This document shows, piece by piece, positions 44,468 through 53,698 of a stretch of DNA of 64,000 nt (the first letter of the stretch is position 1; every line of letters starts with the position of its first letter). The notes below the pieces were generated by a model that saw only the letters and a list, made by a program, of their open reading frames with translations, did no database searches and was not told the origin of the DNA. Both the position numbers and the translations under genes were made by a program. The stretch spans positions 66,082 through 130,081 of IMG/VR virus record IMGVR_UViG_3300038443_000660, one strand, 5' to 3'. This stretch comes from a virus. Lineage: Duplodnaviria > Heunggongvirae > Uroviricota > Caudoviricetes.

Positions 44468-46675
44468 TTATGTTCCCGGTTCTATTTCTAGAATATCGTA
44501 AATTACCTGAACATCTGTATTCGTTACATCATAAATGATGTCTGCTTCCTCTGGTGAATCCACAATAATATCGTTAGCAGAATGATACAAATGTAGAACT
44601 TTAGCAAATGTCGGCTTCTTGTTTGGAAGATTGACGATATTCTTTGCCATGCTTTTTACTTTACTGGTCATCGAAATCATGTTGGAATACATTCTCCTAG
44701 ACCCATAAAGGTCAATCAAAATGACTTCTCTGGTCTTAAGGTCAAAAGCGAAGGCCATGAAAGTGTTCGTTTTTCCGGTCAATTTGACTTTAGTTTTTAC
44801 TGACTTTGGTTCAAATAGTTCACCAGAACTAACATCCTTTCTTTCCATAAAGCCAGCATAACATTCAAATGTATCAAAAGGATCGCCACGATATGAAATA
44901 ATATTCGACACCACATATCGAGTATTATTGCCTACATGCTCAACACATTTCTTGATATCAATATCGATGAATTCGGTAGCACCATCGGGAGCCGATTGAA
45001 TATCACCAGAGTGAATGGAATAACTTTCGTTCGATCTAAGGCGTGTATAGGCAACATGGTCAAGAAAATCCCAATTTTCGTCATAAAATGCCGCCGACAA
45101 ATCAACGTCAACATGCCCCTTCCACCATGTATACAAACGAATCACGTCACCCTTAAAGGCAACTCGTGACCCTTTCGACAATATATTTTCTGACTTATCA
45201 GAATCACCACGGCGATTAAATGGAACGACAATACCGTGCAAGGTACGGTCGATAAATACCTTGCGCTCATCACCCGGAGCATTACCAGTCCGAAACCGGT
45301 CAATTAATACTTCGTCAATTGATTCAACAATCTGAATAGCATGAAGCGTATCAACATTCTTCCGATTTTCTGGACGCATAAAATATTTGTTTTGATTTCC
45401 CTTGATGAAGAAAATGCGAGTGTCGGCATCCGCATTGTTTCGATCACCAAAATGTGAACTCAACTCAAACAAGACTTTGGTGGAGATATTTTTGGCAACT
45501 TCCCTGAACTTAGGGAGAAATTCTTTCCAGAACTTTTCTTCATCATTATTCAGATTGCGAACGATGAAATCAACCCGGCGCACGAATTCACCCGGCCTCG
45601 ATGCCAGAAAATCGATCAAGCCAGTGATATCATTGCATTTTGTATAAATTTCAGCCTTTCGATTAAACGTCATAATACCCTTCGGATAATTCCTAAGAGT
45701 ATTGAACGCATTTGCCAATTTTGGATATTTATTGGTATTCTTGGCAGAATTAGGGTGCGCAATCTCACCAAAACGAAGCCAGCGCTCACGGTTACGCATG
45801 AAATCTTCTTCCAAATTAGGAAGCGTTTCCAGCATCACCATGAAGTTCCTGATATCGGCACCCTTCAATGAAAACTTCACATTATCCTTTAGTGACAAAT
45901 CGGCATTTTCATCTGACATGTAGTAAGCCAGTCGAAGAACATCTGTCGCACCAGAAAGTTGCGATGTCACATACTTAATATTCTTGGAATATTTGTAGAT
46001 GAACGGGAGCGTTTCCTTAAAACATTTTTCAGGAAAATTGCGAAAATCTGTATACTTGATATATTCAGCAAGAAAGTCCTTCTCTAGTTCAGATAGCGAA
46101 GAATGACGAGAAAGAAGCTGATTAGCTTTTTCCGCAATTTCTTCCCTACCGATAACGTACAAAGGCTTCAACGGGGTCACGCATTCGAATTTCATATTCG
46201 AACGAGTTGGTGTATCTAGTTCGTTCACCTGAAACTGACAAATTGGGCATACACCAAAATCATTGATATTAAACAAATTTTCGTCAATGACATGACCACA
46301 TGACAAAAACTTGCCCTTGGCATCAGGGAACATATTTCCGATAGCACCAAGGATACGATTGATATTGTACTCAAATGGGTCAGGAGTATCATAAGGAAAA
46401 TTATTGAATAGAACATTCACATTAGGAATGTTTGAAAATTGCGACAAATCGGCAAGAATGTATTTGCGGACCAGCGAAAAATTCGCTTTGGAAATAGATT
46501 TGGGGAAGTTGACGATTGAATATCCGGTAGCGGATATTTCTTTCCGAAAGATATTCAAATCATCGTTGCTAACATTCTCAATCCAAGCGACATTATTTGG
46601 GCCGGGCATATAAACGCAAGAATATAGGGGAATCAAGTACCTATTGAAGTTCAACATAATAAAATCCTTTAACAA
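44468..46675 (-). CDS. large multidomain protein with C-terminal TerD-like domain
   Basis: 735 aa; the C-terminal region VDVDLSAAFYDENWDFLDHVAYTRLRS...IHSGDIQSAPDGATEFIDIDI...YVVSNIISY follows the TerD pattern (DhDLSA ... HSGD ... G..E.I.hDL). Confidence 0.45.
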   Translation of the reverse strand: MLKDFIMLNFNRYLIPLYSCVYMPGPNNVAWIENVSNDDLNIFRKEISATGYSIVNFPKSISKANFSLVRKYILADLSQFSNIPNVNVLFNNFPYDTPDPFEYNINRILGAIGNMFPDAKGKFLSCGHVIDENLFNINDFGVCPICQFQVNELDTPTRSNMKFECVTPLKPLYVIGREEIAEKANQLLSRHSSLSELEKDFLAEYIKYTDFRNFPEKCFKETLPFIYKYSKNIKYVTSQLSGATDVLRLAYYMSDENADLSLKDNVKFSLKGADIRNFMVMLETLPNLEEDFMRNRERWLRFGEIAHPNSAKNTNKYPKLANAFNTLRNYPKGIMTFNRKAEIYTKCNDITGLIDFLASRPGEFVRRVDFIVRNLNNDEEKFWKEFLPKFREVAKNISTKVLFELSSHFGDRNNADADTRIFFIKGNQNKYFMRPENRKNVDTLHAIQIVESIDEVLIDRFRTGNAPGDERKVFIDRTLHGIVVPFNRRGDSDKSENILSKGSRVAFKGDVIRLYTWWKGHVDVDLSAAFYDENWDFLDHVAYTRLRSNESYSIHSGDIQSAPDGATEFIDIDIKKCVEHVGNNTRYVVSNIISYRGDPFDTFECYAGFMERKDVSSGELFEPKSVKTKVKLTGKTNTFMAFAFDLKTREVILIDLYGSRRMYSNMISMTSKVKSMAKNIVNLPNKKPTFAKVLHLYHSANDIIVDSPEEADIIYDVTNTDVQVIYDILEIEPGT

Positions 46676-46860
46676 ATCTGGCTACTAAAAGGTTGCGTTG
46701 GTGAATCTATATAGAAGGAAGCACACCAATGGGTTAAAGATTTTTAATGAAACGAATCGGATAGCTAATTATTCAGCCAAAAGAAATTGTAGAAGGAAGC
46801 ATTTCCATAGGTTTCATGTTCACGAATATATAATCTATTTATCTGTCTGTCAAGGAAAAT

Positions 46861-47319
46861 TTACATTTTCTTCAACTCTTTTTTGTTAGAATTGTAAAAA
46901 AACTCGGCAAGAATGCCGATTGTGATATGGAATTTGTTGAAATCAGGTAATCCAAGTTCAGCACGAATTTTTCTGATATCATCAGAATAGACATCAATAA
47001 AATAGTAACGGCCAATCTTCTCAATATCAACCGGGCCATTGTCGCCAGAATATCGAACGATTGGCTCATAGGAGAAAGAAATTTCTTTCTTGTCCCAATT
47101 CATGGCAATATCATATTTTTCTTCAAAATTTATTTTTGAAATCGTGATATGCGAATTCCATGATGGTCTGAACAGTTTGATATGTTCATGGCGGTATAAT
47201 TCCTCACGATAATATCGTGACAATTCTTCGCATGTTGATGCAGTAATCAAAAAATTTGTTGTGTGATTAATCTTTTTTGGATTCTTGACAACATGTACGG
47301 TAGCCGTGGAGGAAAACAT
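46861..47319 (-). CDS. 2H phosphoesterase (LigT/2'-5' RNA ligase/cyclic phosphodiesterase-like)
   Basis: Two H-x-T-x motifs, NSHITISKI and KFHITIGIL, at typical spacing; 152 aa. Confidence 0.55.
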   Translation of the reverse strand: MFSSTATVHVVKNPKKINHTTNFLITASTCEELSRYYREELYRHEHIKLFRPSWNSHITISKINFEEKYDIAMNWDKKEISFSYEPIVRYSGDNGPVDIEKIGRYYFIDVYSDDIRKIRAELGLPDFNKFHITIGILAEFFYNSNKKELKKM

Positions 47320-47492
47320 TAGTCAACTTGTTTCAACTTCTTCTTTCAATTTATTTTACTCATCAATATATTTGAAGATAACATAGTACTCTGGATACAT
47401 TTTTCTGACAATTCGTTTTAAAAGAACATTATGACTGAAATTTAAGTCTCGTTCAGTTTTACCAGAAATTTCCATTATTAACACTTCTTTCA

Positions 47493-47696
47493 TTATGGAT
47501 TCCTTGAGAAAATTTGAGAGTCTAACAGACCGTCTTTCGAAATATTGGCCCGAATTAACTTGTCTTTTAATTGAAACTGAATATATTCGTCATTACGTTG
47601 AATGAGACTTCCGTCCATTTCCTGTAGACGAATCAAGAAATCATCAACTGGAATAAAATCCGGGTCTGTAGACATATTGATTTCATTCATATTCAT
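47493..47696 (-). CDS. hypothetical protein
   Basis: 67 aa ORF. Confidence 0.3.
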   Translation of the reverse strand: MNMNEINMSTDPDFIPVDDFLIRLQEMDGSLIQRNDEYIQFQLKDKLIRANISKDGLLDSQIFSRNP

Positions 47697-47864
47697 CTTT
47701 GTTTGGTATCCTTAACTTTAATTGAAAAATCATCTTCTGGATGCTTTTCTTTTAACGCATCTTTCAGTAGTTTTTTGAAACTAACGCCCCAAATCTTTTT
47801 ACTTTCTTCATCTAATTCTTTATCAATTTCGATGGTTTTTTTCATTGGAGTTTCTTTCTAAGAT

Positions 47865-47941
47865 TGGTTGACGGGGATGGATTTGAACCATCGATCTTTC
47901 GATTATCAGTCGAATGCATTAGACCGCTATGCTACCCGTCA
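47865..47941 (-). tRNA. tRNA-Ile (GAU)
   Basis: Acceptor TGACGGG/CCCGTCA plus A plus CCA, D stem GCAT/ATGC, anticodon stem TTCGA/TCGAA with loop CTGATAA, T arm GATGG-TTCAAAT-CCATC. Confidence 0.7.
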
Positions 47942-48430
47942 AAACTATTACCTATTATCCCTGTATTCTGACCAATTTACCATCAACAATCTTGAACGTA
48001 TTTGGGAAGAAATGTTGAAGTACGGCAGTTTCAGCCGAAAACGTATCTTCGAATTTCATGACTTGTTGTTTAAGGCCGGTATCGAGGGAATTCGATAGTG
48101 TTTTCATATCAGTTACTCTTTAGTTTCAATTTGGTTGGAATGCCACTCCCATTCCTAGATAATACTTCGTCCTTATGACGTGACCTTATCTCTGGTGCCA
48201 GCATGGACTCGAATACCTTCCGGTATACCTGATATTTATACACCATGGAGCGTAAGCATGGTGTTTATATGGACACGGAACCGCTTTTTGTAGAATTCTA
48301 CCTATCAACCACGACCTTGTTGCAACTAAAGGCTAGTCCATATTCTCGATTAAAACCAGATTAGCCGTATCGAACGGCTTTTTGGCCGATCAACCAAACG
48401 CAATCACACTCATCGAGGTTTAATCAATTG
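47942..48430. other. ORF-poor structured region (candidate ncRNA) ending in a plus-strand hairpin plus T-run
   Basis: No ORF over 76 aa; local hairpins (ccatgg-agcgtaag-catgg); agccgt-atcga-acggct plus ttttt at 48363-48383. Confidence 0.3.
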
Positions 48431-48664
48431 TCATCGTTGTAATTTAAAATCGTTTGCTTTCGTTATAACACCACCGTACACACTAAAATAGTCATTTGCG
48501 ACTTTGTATTCATTCTTATTCAACCATGCTAGAAACACAGGATAAAATGTATTATTTCGAATATGGTCAACTGTCCACAAATCTATATCGTAATTGTCGG
48601 AAAATGCTGATGCTCTCCCAAGTGTTATTTCTGATATAACATACATTTTTTTGTGTTTGTTCAT
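48431..48664 (-). CDS. hypothetical protein
   Basis: 77 aa ORF. Confidence 0.35.
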   Translation of the reverse strand: MNKHKKMYVISEITLGRASAFSDNYDIDLWTVDHIRNNTFYPVFLAWLNKNEYKVANDYFSVYGGVITKANDFKLQR

Positions 48665-48682
48665 AACAATATGTCCAAAATG

Positions 48683-48775
48683 TGGCGGTAACGGTAGGAT
48701 TCGAACCCACGGAACGCTATTAACGTCCTCTAGTTTTCAAGACTAGCGCCATAAACCAGACTCGGCCACGTTACC
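48683..48775 (-). tRNA. tRNA-Ser (UGA), class II
   Basis: Acceptor GGTAACG/CGTTACC, disc G, CCA; anticodon stem CTAGT/ACTAG with loop CTTGAAA; long variable arm; T arm GTGGG-TTCGAAT-CCTAC. Confidence 0.7.
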
Positions 48776-48784
48776 ATTGTTATA

Positions 48785-48814
48785 TTTATACAATCTAACA
48801 CAAAACTTGTCAAT
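48785..48814 (-). promoter_or_regulatory. sigma70-like promoter driving tRNA-Ser
   Basis: Minus strand: TTGACAAGTTTTGTGTTAGATTGTATAAA. Confidence 0.5.
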
Positions 48815-48823
48815 ACTTTTTTA

Positions 48824-48934
48824 TCAATTTCCTCGCAATGCCATCCAAAACACCCAAAAGGCATGGCCAGTTTCGTGTGGATACCAAAGTATCATTATCA
48901 ACAAAAGTAACCAAAAGATTCCAGACACACGCAT
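48824..48934 (-). CDS. small hydrophobic peptide (36 aa), not in ORF track
   Basis: MRVSGIFWLLLLIMILWYPHETGHAFWVFWMALRGN between a TTGACA promoter (48983-48988) and the tRNA-Ser promoter. Confidence 0.25.
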   Translation of the reverse strand: MRVSGIFWLLLLIMILWYPHETGHAFWVFWMALRGN

Positions 48935-48984
48935 AATATCATTCCCTATCTTTTAGGTCTATATATTATGGTTTTATATAAATG

Positions 48985-49668
48985 TCAATCACTAATTGGC
49001 ACAGTGAACGTTTTTATTTCAAGATACTTATTCAACTCGTTAGGATAGCCCCACTGATTAGCAAGTACCCTGCAATTACCAATCATGAAATCCATATCAA
49101 CATGAGAATGTCCACAAATCCAAAATTTCTTGTTCGAATCAAAAATTTTTGTGTCCAGATTATTGTTGAAATATGTATTGAGCGGGTCGCCAGCATGTTT
49201 TTGAGCGATGCATTGGAAAGATGGTGTGAAATGTGTCAATACAATTTCAGAAGGACTATTAAAGATTTTATCGACATGCTCTTTGTTCATGTTGATACAT
49301 TTTTCAGTATTCCAATCAGGAATGTATTTGAAATCCCAAATACGGCGGGATGCATACCATGCATCATTCGGATTATTGTTAAAATTTGTCCAGAGACACC
49401 CACCGACAATGCCATCCTCGTCAAATGAATCATCGAAAACTTCTGTTTTGAAATAATCGTGATTGCCCATTACATACTTAAATGGGATAGTGATTTTTTC
49501 GAGAAATTGTTCTCGCTTCCTTCGGGACGAATGAATGTCACCGCCAATCAACAACATATCTAAATGCGTATGCGAGTTGATAAAATCGATGGTATTGGCG
49601 ATGAAATCCGAGTCCCGAAATTCCAGATGCGAATCGGAAAAATATCCTATCACTTTGACATTGTTCAT
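48985..49668 (-). CDS. calcineurin-like metallophosphoesterase
   Basis: GYFSDSH, LLIGGDIH, VMGNHD and ICGHSH motifs. Confidence 0.65.
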   Translation of the reverse strand: MNNVKVIGYFSDSHLEFRDSDFIANTIDFINSHTHLDMLLIGGDIHSSRRKREQFLEKITIPFKYVMGNHDYFKTEVFDDSFDEDGIVGGCLWTNFNNNPNDAWYASRRIWDFKYIPDWNTEKCINMNKEHVDKIFNSPSEIVLTHFTPSFQCIAQKHAGDPLNTYFNNNLDTKIFDSNKKFWICGHSHVDMDFMIGNCRVLANQWGYPNELNKYLEIKTFTVPISD

Positions 49669-49671
49669 TAA

Positions 49672-50106
49672 TTAACCCTTGAATGACACAGAAAACGCAA
49701 TCAACGGGTCCAATGTTTTCACACTCACCATTCTGCGAATCTGAATAGGATTATCAAATTTGAGTGAATTTTTGAATTCATACTTTTTAGTTATAAAAAT
49801 TTCTCTATGAATGTTGTATGCATGAATTGCCGCTTCTTTGCTATTAAAATCTAGGGCTGAAATTTTATATTCCAGTATTTTACTTTTGAACTCATCGTGC
49901 GACTCGTCGCCAGATGCAACATGTATTAGTGGTGTTATTACCTCAACAAGTGTGTTAAAATATTCATTAAGAACAACTTCATATTCGGCAAGTTCTTGTT
50001 CAAAAGTGGTTTTCGGCATATTCGGGATAGCCATCGCCGTGGTTGGTAAAAGACCACCAACTGTCACGGCACCCAAACACTTCAACAAATTTCTTTTATT
50101 AACCAT
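49672..50106 (-). CDS. secreted hypothetical protein
   Basis: N-terminal signal MVNKRNLLKCLGAVTVGGLLPTTAMA. Confidence 0.4.
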   Translation of the reverse strand: MVNKRNLLKCLGAVTVGGLLPTTAMAIPNMPKTTFEQELAEYEVVLNEYFNTLVEVITPLIHVASGDESHDEFKSKILEYKISALDFNSKEAAIHAYNIHREIFITKKYEFKNSLKFDNPIQIRRMVSVKTLDPLIAFSVSFKG

Positions 50107-50109
50107 GAT

Positions 50110-50544
50110 TTAATCCTTCGGTTTCCATTGCGTCTTACGCTGCGATTTCCAGTTACGTTCAATGCTCCTAGTACGGTCATCCCAAGAATTAGGAAGCAAA
50201 TTCCTCTTAGGGCGAGTAGGAAATTCCTGCGAACGTTCTTGCTTGGTTCTGACATTCTTGCAATAGGGTCCACCGTTGTAATTACGAATGCCGGGAACCG
50301 GCCCACGACGATGGACATATTTCTTTCGACCGTACCAGTGTTCCAGTTGCGCCTTGCGCATTTTCCAGAAAACATCATAGAGTTTTACGATGTCAATCGG
50401 CTGGTGGTCGTAAGAATCAAGAATACTGATTTCAAGTTCATGTTCATTATGACGATAATGATAAAATTCTCCCCAATAAGCACTGACAACTTCTTCAAGA
50501 GTCTCAAACTTACGGTAAGTAAGAAACGTTTTGACAATATACAT
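50110..50544 (-). CDS. hypothetical protein
   Basis: 144 aa basic ORF. Confidence 0.4.
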   Translation of the reverse strand: MYIVKTFLTYRKFETLEEVVSAYWGEFYHYRHNEHELEISILDSYDHQPIDIVKLYDVFWKMRKAQLEHWYGRKKYVHRRGPVPGIRNYNGGPYCKNVRTKQERSQEFPTRPKRNLLPNSWDDRTRSIERNWKSQRKTQWKPKD

Positions 50545-50645
50545 TTTGTTCTCCTAAGTTAAACTAACTTAGAAAAACTGGTCCTGTGCAAAAGAATAGG
50601 CAAACATCATTTTAATCCTTACTGCCAATCAACGGTATTACCGTA

Positions 50646-50981
50646 TCATGTATTTATGTCGTTGTCAAATTCTTTTTTACATTCTACAACTGTAGAACGT
50701 TTAATCATTTTATCGTTTTCAGACACAATTTCCCATTCGGTATCAGAATCATATTCTGTCACTCGAATGTATTTTCCAAGCAATTCGAATTTGCATTTTT
50801 CACACAAATCCAATTCGAGACTATCCATATCCTGAAACCAATTTGCCCCATATCCGGCAGTATCCTTGTATTGAAGGAACTCCTGATAGTCCAAGGGGTT
50901 ATCATATGTTTTCTTACATACGTCACATGTGATTGAATCGAGGATATCGACAACATGTGTTTCTTGTCGGTAATTTTTCAT
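50646..50981 (-). CDS. zinc-finger hypothetical protein
   Basis: CDVCKK...CEKCK. Confidence 0.4.
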   Translation of the reverse strand: MKNYRQETHVVDILDSITCDVCKKTYDNPLDYQEFLQYKDTAGYGANWFQDMDSLELDLCEKCKFELLGKYIRVTEYDSDTEWEIVSENDKMIKRSTVVECKKEFDNDINT

Positions 50982-50984
50982 TGT

Positions 50985-51242
50985 TTATTCCTTATCTATT
51001 GTTTCGGCGATTGCCTGTTTAGCATATTCTAAATATTCTTGACGTTCATCACTGTCAAAAATGCCATCGCCCTTTGGATTTGCGGCATAGATAAGATTGC
51101 CGTCCTTATCATCCACGGTAAAACGACCGTGGCGAAGGCGAAGATAGCCAACATATTCACCATTATAGTACGCATCGTATTGTTCTGGACATGCACCGCA
51201 CGTTTCTTCCAATTTGATATCATCGGCATTAATCATATTCAA
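50985..51242 (-). CDS. hypothetical protein
   Basis: 85 aa; CGACPEQ. Confidence 0.35.
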   Translation of the reverse strand: MNMINADDIKLEETCGACPEQYDAYYNGEYVGYLRLRHGRFTVDDKDGNLIYAANPKGDGIFDSDERQEYLEYAKQAIAETIDKE

Positions 51243-51442
51243 TCTCCATAATAATCCATCATTTTATGACCTGATCTTAGAATATACACGAAACTACCAA
51301 CATATACAATAGGCCAACCGATAATAAACCAATCATATCGCCATGTCAGAATCAAATAGAAAAACAGCAAGGGACAACATATAGCCAATGACAGAATGAA
51401 GTTGATTGTTGGTTTGTTGATGTAACGCTTAATTTTTACCAT
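51239..51442 (-). CDS. small membrane protein
   Basis: 67 aa with two TM helices. Confidence 0.35.
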   Translation of the reverse strand: MVKIKRYINKPTINFILSLAICCPLLFFYLILTWRYDWFIIGWPIVYVGSFVYILRSGHKMMDYYGD

Positions 51443-51993
51443 TTCCCTTCCTGCTTCATTTTCAAAATATGTGCAGTATAAACATTATTGGAAAATATCA
51501 ATAATTCTAAACGAGCATACAATGTATATCGAAATTTGTCAATCGTGGAAACAGGGCTGCGAACTTTACTATGCAACCAAGTTCTGAACTTTTTGACGTG
51601 AGGATAAAATTTCAAACGGGTCATCAATTTGAAAAAAGTGTAATTCGTTGTGTGCCTAGTCGAATTACATTCAGCGCAAGTCAGAATGAGATTTTTAACC
51701 AGATGTTCGCCGCCCCTGCTAACTGCTTTGATATGTTCAAACGTAGCATATCGTGGTGATGTTGCTTTAGAGAATTTCATCTGTTGTTGGCAGCAATCGC
51801 AAAGGCCATTCTGATTTTTGAACATTTGCGCCTTCAAAATATCAATATGAAGGATGAAGCCTCTGCCTAATTTAAGCGGAGTATTGGTGGAAATGTTCTG
51901 AATAAGCGTATTTTTTGATGATTTAAACGTGTTTGCTATGATACGATATTTCACAATCTTTCGGAATTCGGAAACGTTTAAATCAATTTTCAT
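51436..51993 (-). CDS. HNH endonuclease
   Basis: CDCCQQ...FEHIKAVSRGGEHLVKNLILTCAECN. Confidence 0.6.
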   Translation of the reverse strand: MKIDLNVSEFRKIVKYRIIANTFKSSKNTLIQNISTNTPLKLGRGFILHIDILKAQMFKNQNGLCDCCQQQMKFSKATSPRYATFEHIKAVSRGGEHLVKNLILTCAECNSTRHTTNYTFFKLMTRLKFYPHVKKFRTWLHSKVRSPVSTIDKFRYTLYARLELLIFSNNVYTAHILKMKQEGKW

Positions 51994-52013
51994 GTGGGAA
52001 CTACTTAAGAAAA

Positions 52014-52090
52014 TGGTGATTCCAGTAGGACTCGAACCTACAACCTACAGATTAGAAGTCTGTCGCTCTGTCCAGTTGCGCTATGGAACC
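52014..52090 (-). tRNA. tRNA-Arg (UCU)
   Basis: Acceptor GGTTCCA/TGGAATC plus A plus CCA, D stem GCGC/GAGC, anticodon stem ACAGA/TCTGT with loop CTTCTAA, T arm GTAGG-TTCGAGT-CCTAC. Confidence 0.7.
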
Positions 52091-52105
52091 ATATTTCTAT
52101 TTATG

Positions 52106-52588
52106 TTACTTGCTCATGACATTCTTGAATTTCACAGGTGGCTTTTCGACCAACGCAATAAACTGTAATGGAAATATTCCATAAACCAATTCTGGGTCAT
52201 TTTCAAGCTGTTGACGACAATAATCTTGTGCCTCTTTGATAGAATTAAATAGGGCTGAATATTCTGGCCCCGTACCCTCGTATTCGGCAACCAAATCCAT
52301 TCTACAAACAATAACGAACTGTTTCGTATTAGTTGTGTCTTTCTTTTTCGTTGAATTAGAATAATGATATCTAAAATTTTTTGCCTTGTACCAAATCGTT
52401 TCATTCTCATAGTACGTAGAATTGCCGCCCTCGGCAGAAATTCTTATTAACTGCCCAGAACCTTTCATAGTATCCGTGACTACATATGGCTTTCCCCGTT
52501 CAGCGCTCATATAATATGCAGTAGGCGTTACAACATCCCCAACAACGTAATCTTGCATTATTTTAATTCCTTTGGTGTATACGGGCAA
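52106..52588 (-). CDS. hypothetical protein
   Basis: 160 aa ORF. Confidence 0.4.
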   Translation of the reverse strand: MPVYTKGIKIMQDYVVGDVVTPTAYYMSAERGKPYVVTDTMKGSGQLIRISAEGGNSTYYENETIWYKAKNFRYHYSNSTKKKDTTNTKQFVIVCRMDLVAEYEGTGPEYSALFNSIKEAQDYCRQQLENDPELVYGIFPLQFIALVEKPPVKFKNVMSK

Positions 52589-52742
52589 AATATTTTGGTT
52601 CTTTCTCCGTCTTTTATGTAATCGATGTCAACAGCTTCATACCAGATACATTCAAAATCATGGGTCATTGTTCCGTTTTCGTCTCTCTGAACACCACAAC
52701 AAATACAATAACCACGTTTAACCTTAATTGCCTTGCCTATGT

Positions 52743-53468
52743 TCATTTTTTAAAAATCATGTATGACGAATTGGATATCGTTGAAAGCTGATTTTCGTTC
52801 TCTGCATTCTGAACTACTGTAAAAATTTCGGTTCTTCTCGAATCTACTTTTGCTGTGAATTCCTTGATGGTCCCATGGCACAATTCAAAACCAGAACCAT
52901 ATCTGGCGTTGATATACAGGACTTTATCGCCAATATTTAGCATATTTCCATCAATATCATGTTGTTCAGGATTGGCCAGAACATCAGTCTTGGCCGTTTT
53001 TGCGTCGAATTTTTCCCAAACGGTAGGCCCGTTATAATTCAGAAGTGCGACAACTTCTCGATTGTAGAGAGAAGTTTTTACGGAATTTTTTCGGCCATCC
53101 CAATGACAAATCCCGTACATAGAATCGTTTATGATTCCATACTGACATTCTGGTCTATAACTATACCCACGGCGATAATCGATTGTGATTTCTTTTTGAG
53201 AAAAATTATAATCTTTTGTGTTGGGTTTTACCTTGGCGATAGAACCTTTTCGATCACCAGAAATGAACTTAATGTATAATGTTCCTTCCCATAGCTTACG
53301 AGAAACTTCATTCAGGACTCGTACAATTTCAACGGCTGTAGGATCGTCTTTATCCTCGAAACCGTTACAGTATGGAAATGGAATTGAACAAGGAAATTCG
53401 TCTGGAAACATGATAATCTTTCTGTATTTTTTCAATATATATATGCATTTTTTCTTAGAGTCAACCAA
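52743..53468 (-). CDS. hypothetical protein
   Basis: 241 aa ORF. Confidence 0.45.
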   Translation of the reverse strand: MVDSKKKCIYILKKYRKIIMFPDEFPCSIPFPYCNGFEDKDDPTAVEIVRVLNEVSRKLWEGTLYIKFISGDRKGSIAKVKPNTKDYNFSQKEITIDYRRGYSYRPECQYGIINDSMYGICHWDGRKNSVKTSLYNREVVALLNYNGPTVWEKFDAKTAKTDVLANPEQHDIDGNMLNIGDKVLYINARYGSGFELCHGTIKEFTAKVDSRRTEIFTVVQNAENENQLSTISNSSYMIFKK

Positions 53469-53539
53469 AGAGAAGTTGGAATATCTGATAATGCCATAAG
53501 AAAAGATTCAAATGTAGAAATCTTATATAAACAAGCAAC

Positions 53540-53565
53540 CACACCCAATTGGGTGTGGTTTTATT
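53540..53565. terminator. palindromic hairpin (possible bidirectional terminator)
   Basis: ccacaccc-aatt-gggtgtgg with T-rich flanks on both strands. Confidence 0.4.
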
Positions 53566-53566
53566 T

Positions 53567-53653
53567 TGGAGGATCGGGTGAGGCTCGAACTCACACGGGC
53601 TTTACGCCGCCAAATTAAAAGTTTGGTCGCTTCACCAATTTGCATACCGATCC
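53567..53653 (-). tRNA. class II (long variable arm) tRNA with anticodon UUU and U73 - unusual
   Basis: Acceptor GGATCGG/CCGATCC plus T plus CCA, 3-bp D stem, clean anticodon stem CCAAA/TTTGG with loop CTTTTAA, 15-nt variable arm, T arm GTGAG-TTCGAGC-CTCAC. Confidence 0.5.
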
Positions 53654-53698
53654 ATTATTTATACTTTATTCAGCAAAACTATCTTTGTCAAGCTTTAA

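Noticed and set aside
47868-48098. 76-aa plus-strand ORF
   Set aside because: Its start overlaps tRNA-Ile antisense and it has no RBS; the region is better explained as non-coding.
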